In this document: one piece after another, positions 38,397-47,868 of the stretch
Position numbering within the stretch: position 1 is the stretch's first letter
How the letters are laid out: each line of letters begins with the position of its first letter
NCBI GenBank assembly: GCA_964291285.2
Contig: OZ219786.1
Coordinates: 160,001 to 224,000, forward strand
Direction: 5' to 3'
DNA length: 64,000 nucleotides
From: Alphaproteobacteria bacterium
GTDB lineage: Bacteria; Pseudomonadota; Alphaproteobacteria; Bin95
The notes under the pieces: generated by a model
Told to the model about the DNA's origin: nothing
What the model saw: the letters and a program-made list of their open reading frames with translations, nothing else
Databases searched by the model: none
Position numbers and translations under genes: made by a program

Positions 38397-39388
38397 CGGA
38401 ACGCCGCCTCGCGCGGGTCGCCGACATCCTGCACGTCCGCATAGAGCGCCGCCGTCTCCGGCCAGGGCGCCGCCTTCGCCTCCTCATAAGCCGCCTGCAT
38501 CTCCGCGACGGCAGCTTCGCGGTGGCCCGATAGCGTTTCCCCGGCGACGCCATGCGCGCGCAGCGTGTCGGCGGCGCGGGCGATGGGGTCGTCCTTCCAG
38601 CGCTCCTCGACTTCCCCGGCATCGCGGTAGGCGGCCTTGTCCACGGCCGTGTGGCCCGTCAATCGCCAGGTCTTCGCCCAGAGGAACTGCGGGCCGCCGC
38701 CGTCGAGGATTCGCTCGCGCAGTTCCGCCGTCACCTCCGCCATCCGGTCCACATCGTTGCCGTCCGCGGCATGGGAGGGGATGCCGAGCGCCTCGGCGCG
38801 CGCCGCCGGTCCGGGGCCGCCGGTCATCGCCTCGGTCCGCGTCGTGGCGGCGAAGGCGTTGTCCTCGCAGACGAACAGCACCGGCAGGTCGAAGACCCGC
38901 GCCCAGTTCAACCCTTCCAGGAACGGCCCGCGATTGACCGCGCCGTCGCCGAAGATGCAGCAGACGATGCGCCGCTCGCCCTTGAGCCGCACGGCATGGG
39001 CCGCACCCGCGGCAATGTTGATGTTCGCGCCGACGACCCCGTTCGCGCCCAGCATCCCGACCGAGAAGTCGGCAATGTGCATGGAGCCGCCCTTGCCGCC
39101 GCAATTGCCGCCTTCGCGCCCGAAGAGCTCGCGCATCATGGCGGCGGCCGACGCGCCCTTCTCCAGCGTGTGGCCGTGGCCGCGGTGGGTGGAGAGCAAC
39201 AGGTCCTCGCGCGCGAGGCTGCCGACCGCGCCCACCGCGCAGGCCTCCTGGCCGATGGACGGGTGGATGGCGCCCAGCACCAGCCCTTCCTCCAGCGCGG
39301 CGACGGCCCGCTCCTCGAAGGCGCGGATGCGGTGCATCCGCCGATGCCGGTCCGCCAGCCGTTCGAGGTCGAGATTAGGCCGGTTCAA
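38390..39388 (-). CDS. 2-oxoacid/acetoin dehydrogenase E1 alpha subunit
   Basis: GQEA, STHRGHGH, GKGGSMH, FGDGAVN..EGLN; TTG start. Confidence 0.9.
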   Translation of the reverse strand: MNRPNLDLERLADRHRRMHRIRAFEERAVAALEEGLVLGAIHPSIGQEACAVGAVGSLAREDLLLSTHRGHGHTLEKGASAAAMMRELFGREGGNCGGKGGSMHIADFSVGMLGANGVVGANINIAAGAAHAVRLKGERRIVCCIFGDGAVNRGPFLEGLNWARVFDLPVLFVCEDNAFAATTRTEAMTGGPGPAARAEALGIPSHAADGNDVDRMAEVTAELRERILDGGGPQFLWAKTWRLTGHTAVDKAAYRDAGEVEERWKDDPIARAADTLRAHGVAGETLSGHREAAVAEMQAAYEEAKAAPWPETAALYADVQDVGDPREAAFRW

Positions 39389-40566
39389 AGACCGAGCACC
39401 CGCTTCGCGATGATGTTGCGCTGGATCTCGTTGGAGCCGGCGAAGATCGTATGCTTGCGGTCGTTGAAATATTTCGCGGCGAGCGCGTTGGCGTAGTCGG
39501 GCCCGACCGGCTCCTCGTTCCAGCCGTGCTCCATAGCCTCAAGCTGGTAGGGGCCCGCGTCGTAGGCCGCCGCCTCCATCTTGAGCTCCGAAAGGCGCTG
39601 CTGGATTTCGGTGCGGCGGATCTTGATCATCGACGACTCGGCGCCGATCTCCCTGTCGGCCGAAACCGCGGCCAGCATGCGGAGCATCTGCATCTCCAGC
39701 GTCTGGAGCTCGATCTCGACCTCCGCCACCTTGCGCATGAAGGTGCCGTCGCGGTCCAGCCCCTGGTCGGCCGCGATCTCCTTGAGCGAGCGCAGCCCGT
39801 TCTTCTGGCTGCCGAGCGCGCCGCCGCCCATGCGCTCGTGGCCGAGCAGGTATTTGGCGATCGTCCAGCCCTGGTCCACCTCGCCCACAAGGTTCTCGCG
39901 CGGCACCACGACATCGGTGAAGAACACCTCGTTCACCTCGTGCAGCCCCTCGATGGTGATGAGCGGCTTCACCTCGATTCCGGGCGTGGCCATGTCGATC
40001 AGGACGAAGGAGATGCCCTCCTGCCGCTTGCCGGCGCTGGACGTGCGCACGAGGCAGAAGATCCAGTTCGCCCAGTGCGCGGCGGTGGTCCAGATCTTCT
40101 GGCCGTTGATGACGAGGCGGTCGTCATGCACCTCGCAGCGGGTCTTGAGCGCGGCGAGGTCGGAGCCGGCGCCGGGTTCGGAATAGCCCTGGCAGTAGAT
40201 GCGCTCGCCGGAAAGGATGCGCGGCAGGTTCTCCCGCTTCTGCTCCTCGGTGCCGAAGGCCATCAGCACCGGCCCGCACATGGAGAGGCCGAAGGGGATC
40301 GGGCGCGGCGCGTTGGCGAGCGCCTGCTCCTCGTCCCAGATATATTTCTGCGTCACCGTCCAGCCGGGGCCGCCCCATTCCTCGGGCCAGTTGGGTGCAA
40401 TCCAGCCCTTTTCGTGCAGCGCCCTGTGCCAGGCCATCGTCTCGTCCAGCGTCGGCTGGATGCCGAGCCCGACCTTGCGCGCCACATCGCCCGGCAGCTT
40501 TTCGGCCAGGAAAGCGCGGCACTCGTCGCGAAAGGCTTCGTCTTGGGGGGCGAAATTGAGGTCCAT
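39385..40566 (-). CDS. Acyl-CoA dehydrogenase (PimC-like)
   Basis: CQGYSEPGAGSDLA, NGQKIWTT, NEVFF, GSNEIQRNII. Confidence 0.93.
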   Translation of the reverse strand: MDLNFAPQDEAFRDECRAFLAEKLPGDVARKVGLGIQPTLDETMAWHRALHEKGWIAPNWPEEWGGPGWTVTQKYIWDEEQALANAPRPIPFGLSMCGPVLMAFGTEEQKRENLPRILSGERIYCQGYSEPGAGSDLAALKTRCEVHDDRLVINGQKIWTTAAHWANWIFCLVRTSSAGKRQEGISFVLIDMATPGIEVKPLITIEGLHEVNEVFFTDVVVPRENLVGEVDQGWTIAKYLLGHERMGGGALGSQKNGLRSLKEIAADQGLDRDGTFMRKVAEVEIELQTLEMQMLRMLAAVSADREIGAESSMIKIRRTEIQQRLSELKMEAAAYDAGPYQLEAMEHGWNEEPVGPDYANALAAKYFNDRKHTIFAGSNEIQRNIIAKRVLGL

Positions 40567-40656
40567 CAGGCAGCGTCCCGGCTCGCGTCAAACTCCCCCG
40601 GACGCTATGGCCCCCCGCCCCGGATTGCAAGACGGCGGGGCGGCAGGCGGCGCATT

Positions 40657-41601
40657 CTACTCCTCCTTGCGCGAGAAGCGGCCGCGGGAGGCTTCGTAGG
40701 CGCCGAAGAGGGCGAGGGCGAGGGCCAGCGGCATGAGGAAGTAGATGACGCGGTAGGTGATGATGCCCGCGGCCACGACGTGGGTCGGGACGGTCTCCGG
40801 CATCAGCACCAGCAGTACCGTCTCGAACACGCCGAGCCCGCCCGGCACGTGGCTGATATAGCCGGCCATGTAGGCCAGCACGTAGACGGCCACGAAATGC
40901 CAGTAGGGCATGCCGAAATCCGGCGGCAGCACCAGGTAGAGCACCGCGCTGGTGAACACCCATTCGAGGATGCCGACGCAGAACTGGACCAGCCCGTGCC
41001 TGATCTTCGGCGGCGTCACCTCGCGCTCGCCGACGCGGACGACCGGCCTGCCGCAGAGGCACCACAGGACATAGAGCGCGCCGGACAGCACCCAGACGGC
41101 CGCAACGGCGCGGACGAGGCCGGTGTCGAGTTCCAGCGCATCGGCCAGCACCGCCGCATTGGGAAGCGTCAGCAGGCCGCCCACGGAGAGCGCGCAGAGG
41201 TAATAGACGATGCCGGCGTAGAGGACGACGCGGGCGACGTCGCCGGGGGGTACGCCCCAGTCCGTGTAGAACCGGAAGCGGACCGCGCCCCCGGTGAGCG
41301 CGCCGAAGCCCAGATTGTGGCTGAAGGCGTAGGAAATGGAGGAGACGAACGCGACCCGGCCGAAGGGCATGCGCCGCCCGATATAGCGGAAGGCCGTGTG
41401 GTCGTAGGCCGCCAGCACCAGATATGCGGCAAAGGTTGCGCCTACCGCAGCAAGGGTGCGGTGGAACGGGATGGCTTCCAACTGGTGGAACAGGTCGTCC
41501 CAGCGCAGGTCCCGCAATTGCCAGGTCAGCGCCCAGACGGCGGCGGCGAAGACGGCGACCGCGGCGACGATGCCGAAATAATTCCAGAAGCGTTTCGGCA
41601 C
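40657..41601 (-). CDS. MprF-like flippase transmembrane domain protein (UPF0104)
   Basis: Polytopic; GALTGGAVRFRFY, SHVPGGLGVFE, YRVIYF. Confidence 0.8.
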   Translation of the reverse strand: MPKRFWNYFGIVAAVAVFAAAVWALTWQLRDLRWDDLFHQLEAIPFHRTLAAVGATFAAYLVLAAYDHTAFRYIGRRMPFGRVAFVSSISYAFSHNLGFGALTGGAVRFRFYTDWGVPPGDVARVVLYAGIVYYLCALSVGGLLTLPNAAVLADALELDTGLVRAVAAVWVLSGALYVLWCLCGRPVVRVGEREVTPPKIRHGLVQFCVGILEWVFTSAVLYLVLPPDFGMPYWHFVAVYVLAYMAGYISHVPGGLGVFETVLLVLMPETVPTHVVAAGIITYRVIYFLMPLALALALFGAYEASRGRFSRKEE

Positions 41602-41608
41602 CGCGCGT

Positions 41609-42016
41609 TCAGCCCGCCGGGCGGAACTTCGGGACCGTCAGCTCTTCGGAAACCTTGTCGAAGAACGCCTCGACCCGCTGGCCGATACGGACCGCCTCGA
41701 TATCGTCGGTCACGAGGTTGCTCACGATGCGCGCGCCTTCGTCCAGTTCAACGCAGGCGACGACATAGGGCGTCTCGTCCCGGAAGGCCGGCCCGGCCGG
41801 CGCGTGGCAGACGGTGAAGGAATAGACCACCCCGGTTCCGTTCGCCTCGATCCACCGGATATCGGCTTCATCCGCGCCCGGCGCAAGGCGGCGCGAATAG
41901 AGGAAGCAGCGCCCGGTCCTGCCGCAGCGCTGGATCATCAGACGGCCCTCGCGCGCGCCGGTCCAGTAGGGCTCCGATTCGGCGTCGATGGCGGGCACCG
42001 GCTTGTCGTAGGCCAT
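41609..42016 (-). CDS. DUF35 Zn-ribbon/OB-fold protein
   Basis: YWTGAREGRLMIQRC, GVVYSFTV, PYVVACVELDEG; next to a thiolase. Confidence 0.88.
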   Translation of the reverse strand: MAYDKPVPAIDAESEPYWTGAREGRLMIQRCGRTGRCFLYSRRLAPGADEADIRWIEANGTGVVYSFTVCHAPAGPAFRDETPYVVACVELDEGARIVSNLVTDDIEAVRIGQRVEAFFDKVSEELTVPKFRPAG

Positions 42017-42026
42017 GAGCCGGACT

Positions 42027-43205
42027 CTAGCCTGTTTCCGTCGAGAGGATGAGCGTCGCGCTGGAGGAGAGCACGCCGCCCGTGCCGTGGCATACCGCCG
42101 TGCGCACGCCTTCCACCTGCCTGTCGCCCGCAATGCCCCAGAGCTGGCGGGACGCCTCGATGATGGTGAACAGCCCGTACATGCCCGGATGGCAGTAGGA
42201 CAGCCCGCCGCCGTTGGTGTTGACCGGGAAGGCGCCGCCGGGCCCGGTCCGTCCGCCCCGGACGAAGTCCCTGCCCTCGCCGTAGCCGCAAAGGCCGAGC
42301 GCCTCCAGTGTCATCAGAACGGTGATGGTGAAGCTGTCGTAGAGCATCGCAAGGTCGATCTCGGCCGGGCGGCGGCCCGCCATGGCGTAGGCCCGGCGCG
42401 AGGATTGCTCGGCCACCTCCAGCTTCGCCATGTCCGGCATGTGCGCGATGCTGGTATGCGAGGCTGACGCGCCGTGCCCCAGCACGTGGACCGGCGGCAG
42501 CCGCAGGTCGCGCGCGCGCTCTTCCGAGGTCATCACCACGGCCCCGCCGCCGTCGGTGACGAGGCAGCAATCGTAGCGGCCGAGCGGCGAGGCGATCATG
42601 CGGGCGTCCAGCACGTCATCCACCGTCATCGGCTCGCGGAAGGCGGCGGCGGGGTTGAGCGCGGCCCAGGCGCGGGTGGCCACGGCGATGTCGGCCAGCG
42701 TCTCGCGGGTGGAGCCATAGACATGGGCATGCCTCTGCGCTGCCATCGCATAGGCGCCGACCGGGAGCGGCAGCCCGGCGGGAATGTCCCACTGGTTCGA
42801 GAACATGGCCGGGCGCCCGCCCAGAGCCCGCGCCGCCTGGCTCTTCTGGAGCGAGCCGTAAACGATCAGCACCGTTTCCGCCTGGCCGGAACGGATCGCC
42901 TCCGCCGCCCGCCCGGCATGCAGTACGAAGGCCGCGCCGCCGATATTCGTGCCGTCGAGATAGCGCGGCCATTCGAGCCCGAGATACTCCGTCAGCAGCA
43001 CGGGCTGCATGGCGCCCGGCCCCGGCATGCCCCACATGCCGGCGACGGCGAGGCCGTCCACGTCCCGGATCGTCAGACCCGCCTGGGCCAAGGCCTCATT
43101 GGCTGCATCACGCTGTATGGAAAGCACCGTCGCGCCCGGCAATGCGCGGCCCCGGTCATGGGTCGGCGCGTCGGCAACGCCCACAATGACCGGACGGCGG
43201 CTCAT
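42027..43205 (-). CDS. SCP-x-type thiolase / acetyl-CoA acetyltransferase
   Basis: NPAA, DCCLVTDGGGAVV, YDSFT, NTNGGGLSYCHPG. Confidence 0.88.
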   Translation of the reverse strand: MSRRPVIVGVADAPTHDRGRALPGATVLSIQRDAANEALAQAGLTIRDVDGLAVAGMWGMPGPGAMQPVLLTEYLGLEWPRYLDGTNIGGAAFVLHAGRAAEAIRSGQAETVLIVYGSLQKSQAARALGGRPAMFSNQWDIPAGLPLPVGAYAMAAQRHAHVYGSTRETLADIAVATRAWAALNPAAAFREPMTVDDVLDARMIASPLGRYDCCLVTDGGGAVVMTSEERARDLRLPPVHVLGHGASASHTSIAHMPDMAKLEVAEQSSRRAYAMAGRRPAEIDLAMLYDSFTITVLMTLEALGLCGYGEGRDFVRGGRTGPGGAFPVNTNGGGLSYCHPGMYGLFTIIEASRQLWGIAGDRQVEGVRTAVCHGTGGVLSSSATLILSTETG

Positions 43206-44941
43206 CCGTCGGCGTTGTCCCGGACGGCGATCAGCGCATCCACGGCGACCGCGCCCTCCCCCTTCGGCAACACGATGAACGGGTTGACGTCGATGGTTTC
43301 CAGCACATCGGCATTGGCGGCCGCGAACGCCGAGAGCCGGGCCAGCGCCTCTGCCAGCGCTTCCTCGTCCGAAGGCGGCGCCCCGCGCACACCCTGCAGC
43401 ATCGGGTAGCCGCGCACCTCGCGGACCATCCGGCGCGCCTCGTCGATGCCGAACGGCGCGATGCGGAAGGTCACGTCCTTCAGCACCTCGACGAAGATGC
43501 CGCCGAGCCCGAACATCACCACCGGGCCGAACACCGGGTCGCGGACAACGCCGAGGATGGTCTCGACGCCGCCGGAGACCATGGGTGCAACCAGCACGCC
43601 GTCGATGCGCGCGTCCGGCGCATGCGCTTCGGCACGCGCAAGCAGGTCGCGGTAAGCCGTTTTGGCCGCCTCCCGCGACGCGACATTGAGGATGACGCCG
43701 CCGATCTCCGATTTGTGCAGGATGTCGGGCGACACGATCTTCATGACGACCGGGAAGCCCGCCGCCTTAGCAGCCTTGGCAGCTTCCGACGACGAACCTG
43801 CGATTCGCTCCGGGACGGCCGGCACGCCGGCGGCCGCCAGAATGCGCTTGCCTTCGACCTCGTTGACGGCCGTTCCGGCGCTGAGCTTCGGCGCATCGGC
43901 CGGCAGGTCCGGGGGCGGCGCGGACGGACCCCGTTTCAGCGCTTCGGAATACCGCGCCAGAACCCCGAGCGCGTGGATCGCCCGGCTGGGGTCCTCGTAG
44001 CAGAGATAGCCCATCTCCTGGATTCTCGCGCGGCGCTCGGGCGTGGTCAGGATGGCGAGCATGTGCAACTGGTCGGGGAAACGCCGCCTTACCGCCTCCA
44101 GGCTCGGCTCCAGCTCCTTCATCATCAGCGGGTTCAGGCCGACGCCCGCCAGGAAGCAGACCGCGCTTGCATAGTCGCCCTCTTCCAGCAGGGCGCCGTA
44201 CATGGTCTCCATCAGGGTCGCGTCGTTGATGAACTGCGCGGTCACATCCAGCGGGTTGCGGGTGCCGGCAAAGGGCACCAGCGTCTTCATCCGCTCCTGC
44301 GTCGCCTCGGGCAGCGGCGGCAGTTCGAGGCCGGCGTCCTCCGCCGCATCGGCCATGATGACGCCGACCCCACCGGAGACCGTGATGATGCCCGTCCTGG
44401 CGCTCTCCGGCAGCCGGCCTCCGGCGAAGGCGTAGCCGACATCGAACATCTCGTCGATGCTGTGGGGTCGAAAGACGTTGTACTGGCGCAGAAGCGCATC
44501 GAAAACGGCGTCGGACCCGGTCAGCGAAGCCGTATGCGAGGCAGCCGCGGCGGTGCCGACCTCGGAGCGCCCGACCTTCATCAGCACGACCGGCTTCTCG
44601 GCGGCGCGGGCGGTTTCAAGCGCTTCGATCAGCTTGTCGGCGTCCTGCACGCCCTCCATGTAGCCGAGCACGACGCTGGTGCCGGGATCCTGCGCCATAT
44701 AGGCGAGGCAGTCGGAGAACTCGACATCGCACTGGTTGCCCATCGTCGCCCAGAGGTTCAGGCCGAGGCCCCGTTCGCGGGCGAGCGTGAAGCAATGGCC
44801 GCCGAAAGCGCCCGACTGCGCCGCGACGGAAATCGTGCCCCTCTCGGGCCCCGTATCGCCGATAGCCGAGATGAAGGTGGCGATCATGCCGGTGCCGGTG
44901 TTCATCACGCCCATGCAATTGGGGTCCAGTAAATAACTCAT
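43202..44941 (-). pseudogene. Acetate/acyl-CoA ligase (ADP-forming) family, missing the N-terminal CoA-binding domain
   Basis: Similarity begins at PNCMG (normally GPNC, roughly 130 aa in); AQSGAFG, SHTASL, KIVSPDILHKSE, DVNP. Unrelated DNA lies upstream of ~44927. Confidence 0.75.
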
Positions 44942-45351
44942 CGGGACGCACCCACCTCGGCATTCTTGCCAAGCCCTTCCATTCGAGGCATATGTGACAT
45001 AAGCGGTTGCGTGGACACGATTATTTTAGTCCGCTAGATTGCGGCCATGGAACCCACAGTCGCCAAACGAGACAAGAGAGCGAGTGCTTACGATCCGTTT
45101 CGCACGCTCGCATTCCCGCTGCGCTTACGAGAAAATCGACCCGTTCCACCACAGGACGCCATCCGTCGAATGTAATGCTTCCGTTATCGGGTGATGGATT
45201 GAGATTTCAGCGATTGAGGGTTTGTTTCCAGTCTCGTTTCAGCGGGCGCAGCCAGATGTCCTTTCTGGGTTCGGCGCGCCTCATGAGGGTGTCGTAGCGG
45301 CCGTGCAAAGGCTTCTGGTAACGCCTTTGACGATTCGCTATTGTCGCGCGC

Positions 45352-47868
45352 ATGGCGATGCGCGACGGGGATTTCGGGACAGCGCTGGCGCTGCCGGAGG
45401 GGGAGGAGGCGATCTGGTCGCCTCCGATGTCGGCGGTGCCGAGCGAGCTGCGCGACTGGCGGGCGCGGGCGGAAGCGGCGGAAGCGCGTATCAAGGAGTT
45501 GCTCCGGACGGAGAGGGCCGCGCGTTCCCGGGCGGGTTCTCTGAAGTGGCAGCTCGACAGGAGCCGGACCAGGCTGAAGGCGGCCGTCGAGGAGACGGCG
45601 CGTATTCGCCGTGCGGCGAAGGATGCACTGTTCCATCAGGCGGAGGTGGCGCGGCTGGAGAAGCTGCTTGCGGAAGCCGGCGTCGATTCGAGAAAGGGCG
45701 CGAACGGACGACTGCGGAGGGAGAACGCCCGGCTGCACAAGGCGCTGGAGCGAGCGCAGGAGCAGAAGGACAAGATCGCGTCCTTGCGCGGGGAGATATC
45801 GGCGCTGCGGAAGTCGGAACGGGCGGCGCAGGCGTCCCTGTCGAGGGAAGGCGCCAGGTTGAGCAAAGCCCTGGAGCGGACGGACCGGCAGGAGGACATG
45901 ATCGAGGCGCTGCGCACGGAACTGCGCGAGGCGCACAAGGCAACAGCACGACTGGACAAGGAAGTCGCGCGGCTCGGCATGGAGGTCGCGGCGCTCGGCG
46001 AGGAGGCGTCGGCGTCGACGGTCCTGGCGGACGCGATCAAGGCGTTGCGCGCGGAGAATGCCGCCCTGCAGAAGACGGCGAGGGCCTTGGAGAGCCGGTG
46101 CAAATGGCTCGACAGCGAGAACGCCGATCTTCACTGGTCGATCGGAAAATCCCTGGAATATCGGCAGCGGCTCGAAGCCCGGCATCGCGACGAGACCGAC
46201 CGTCTGCACCGGGAGATTGCGCGGGAGCGTTCGTATCGTGCGCGGTCGTGGGAACGCCAACAGGCCGTCGTCGGGCCCCTGAGCAAGCGGCTTGTCCAGC
46301 ATCGCAAGGCGACCGTGCGGGCGAAGGACGTCATCGAATCGGTGCGCCGGCGCAACGCCCGACTGCGCACCGAGGTGCGGGAGTTGCGGGCCGAGAGGAC
46401 AGCGCTGGCCTCGCGCGCCGAGACGCTGGAAGCCCAGGTCGAGAAGCTGCGCTCGACCCGCAGCGTTCTGTCGAAGGCGCTGTTCGGCAGCAGGAGCGAG
46501 AAGCAGAAGAAAGCCGGCACGGGGCGCAAGCGCGGCCAGCAGCCCGGCGCGCCGGGCCACGGCCGTACCAGGCGGCCCGGTCTCCGGGAGAAGAAGGAAC
46601 GGCGCAACCCGCCCAAGGATGCGCGCCTCTGTTCCTGCTGCGGCAAGCCCTATGTCGCCAACGGCGAGCGTTCCACGAGCCTCATCGAGATCGAGGTCAA
46701 GGCTCACATCCGCAGGATCGAGCGGCCGCGCTGGCGCCGGGGTTGCGAGTGTGTGTCGTCGCCGCTGGAGGCGACCGCGCCGCCGGTGGCGCGGCTGTTC
46801 CCCGGAACGCTCTACGGAACCGGCTTCTGGGCACGGTTCCTGTTCGAGCACTGTGCGTGCCTGCGCCCGCTGAGCCGGGTCGCAGCGTGGTATGCCGACC
46901 AGGGCCTGCCGGTCTCGGCGGGCACGCTGGCCAACAGCCTGAAGCGCTTCGTGCCGCTGTTCGACCCGATCCACAAGGCGATCCTCGCGCATCAGAACCG
47001 GACAACGGTGCGCCATGCCGACGAGACCGGCTGGCGGGTGCAGGAGTTCCGCCGCAACGGCCGGTCGAGCCGCGCCTGGCTGTGGACTTCGGTCAGCAAG
47101 GACGCGGTCTACTTCCTTATCGATCCCTCGCGCAGCGCCGAGGTCGCGAAGACCCTGTTCGGCGACACCGATTGCACCGTGTTCGTGGTCTGCGACCGCT
47201 ACAGCGCCTACAGGAAGCTGGCGCGCGAACTCGACGGCAAGGCGATCCTCTGCTTCTGTTGGGCGCATCAGAGGCGCGACTTCGTCGAGGGCGCCGCCGG
47301 CCATGCGCGGCTGGCCCGCTGGTGCGAGGGATGGATCGAGCGGATCGGGGAGATCTACCGCCTGAACGACGAAAGGCTGAAGCATTACGACCCCGCTCGC
47401 GCTCTCGAACGCCAGACGCCGGCCTTCGACGCGGCGCAGGACAAGTTGAAGAAGGTGGTCGAGCGCCTGTTCGCGGACGCCGTGGCGGAGTTGGCCGGCC
47501 TGCCGGAAAAAGCGCGCAAGGCAAAGGCCCTGCGCTCGCTGCTCAAGCATCGCGAAGGGTTGTGCGTCTTCGTCGACAATCCCCAGGTTCCGATGGACAA
47601 CAATCTCGCCGAACGCGTGCTCCGCGGGCCGGTCATCGGACGCCGGGCGAGCTTCGGTTCCAACAGCGAGGACGGCGCGAAGTTCACCGCGATCATGTAC
47701 TCGGTCGTGGGTACGCTCTCGATCAACGGCATCAATGTCCTGCGCTGGCTGGAGGCATGGCTCGAAGCCTGCGCGAAGGACGGCGGCAAACCGCCGGAAG
47801 ACCTGTCCCCGTGGCTGCCCTGGACGATGAGCGAGGCGCGCAGGCGCAAGTTCACGGCGCAGGAATGA
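45352..47868 (+). CDS. IS66-family transposase (TnpC-like) with long N-terminal coiled coil
   Basis: LFGSRSEK, RGQQPGAPGH, CSCCG, HADETGW, CDRYSAY, CWAHQRRDF, DNNLAERVLR. Confidence 0.9.
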   Translation: MAMRDGDFGTALALPEGEEAIWSPPMSAVPSELRDWRARAEAAEARIKELLRTERAARSRAGSLKWQLDRSRTRLKAAVEETARIRRAAKDALFHQAEVARLEKLLAEAGVDSRKGANGRLRRENARLHKALERAQEQKDKIASLRGEISALRKSERAAQASLSREGARLSKALERTDRQEDMIEALRTELREAHKATARLDKEVARLGMEVAALGEEASASTVLADAIKALRAENAALQKTARALESRCKWLDSENADLHWSIGKSLEYRQRLEARHRDETDRLHREIARERSYRARSWERQQAVVGPLSKRLVQHRKATVRAKDVIESVRRRNARLRTEVRELRAERTALASRAETLEAQVEKLRSTRSVLSKALFGSRSEKQKKAGTGRKRGQQPGAPGHGRTRRPGLREKKERRNPPKDARLCSCCGKPYVANGERSTSLIEIEVKAHIRRIERPRWRRGCECVSSPLEATAPPVARLFPGTLYGTGFWARFLFEHCACLRPLSRVAAWYADQGLPVSAGTLANSLKRFVPLFDPIHKAILAHQNRTTVRHADETGWRVQEFRRNGRSSRAWLWTSVSKDAVYFLIDPSRSAEVAKTLFGDTDCTVFVVCDRYSAYRKLARELDGKAILCFCWAHQRRDFVEGAAGHARLARWCEGWIERIGEIYRLNDERLKHYDPARALERQTPAFDAAQDKLKKVVERLFADAVAELAGLPEKARKAKALRSLLKHREGLCVFVDNPQVPMDNNLAERVLRGPVIGRRASFGSNSEDGAKFTAIMYSVVGTLSINGINVLRWLEAWLEACAKDGGKPPEDLSPWLPWTMSEARRRKFTAQE

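Noticed and set aside
45184-47550. Minus-strand ORFs 45184-47550 and 45207-45494, one ending in the DUF4338 C-terminus
   Set aside because: They are by-products of the inverted repeat and of antisense reading of a GC-rich gene.
45222-47864. 1174-aa ORF as a giant DUF4338 fusion
   Set aside because: The first ~880 codons overlap the transposase in another frame and look like shadow translation; the ATGA-coupled start at 47865 is more plausible.
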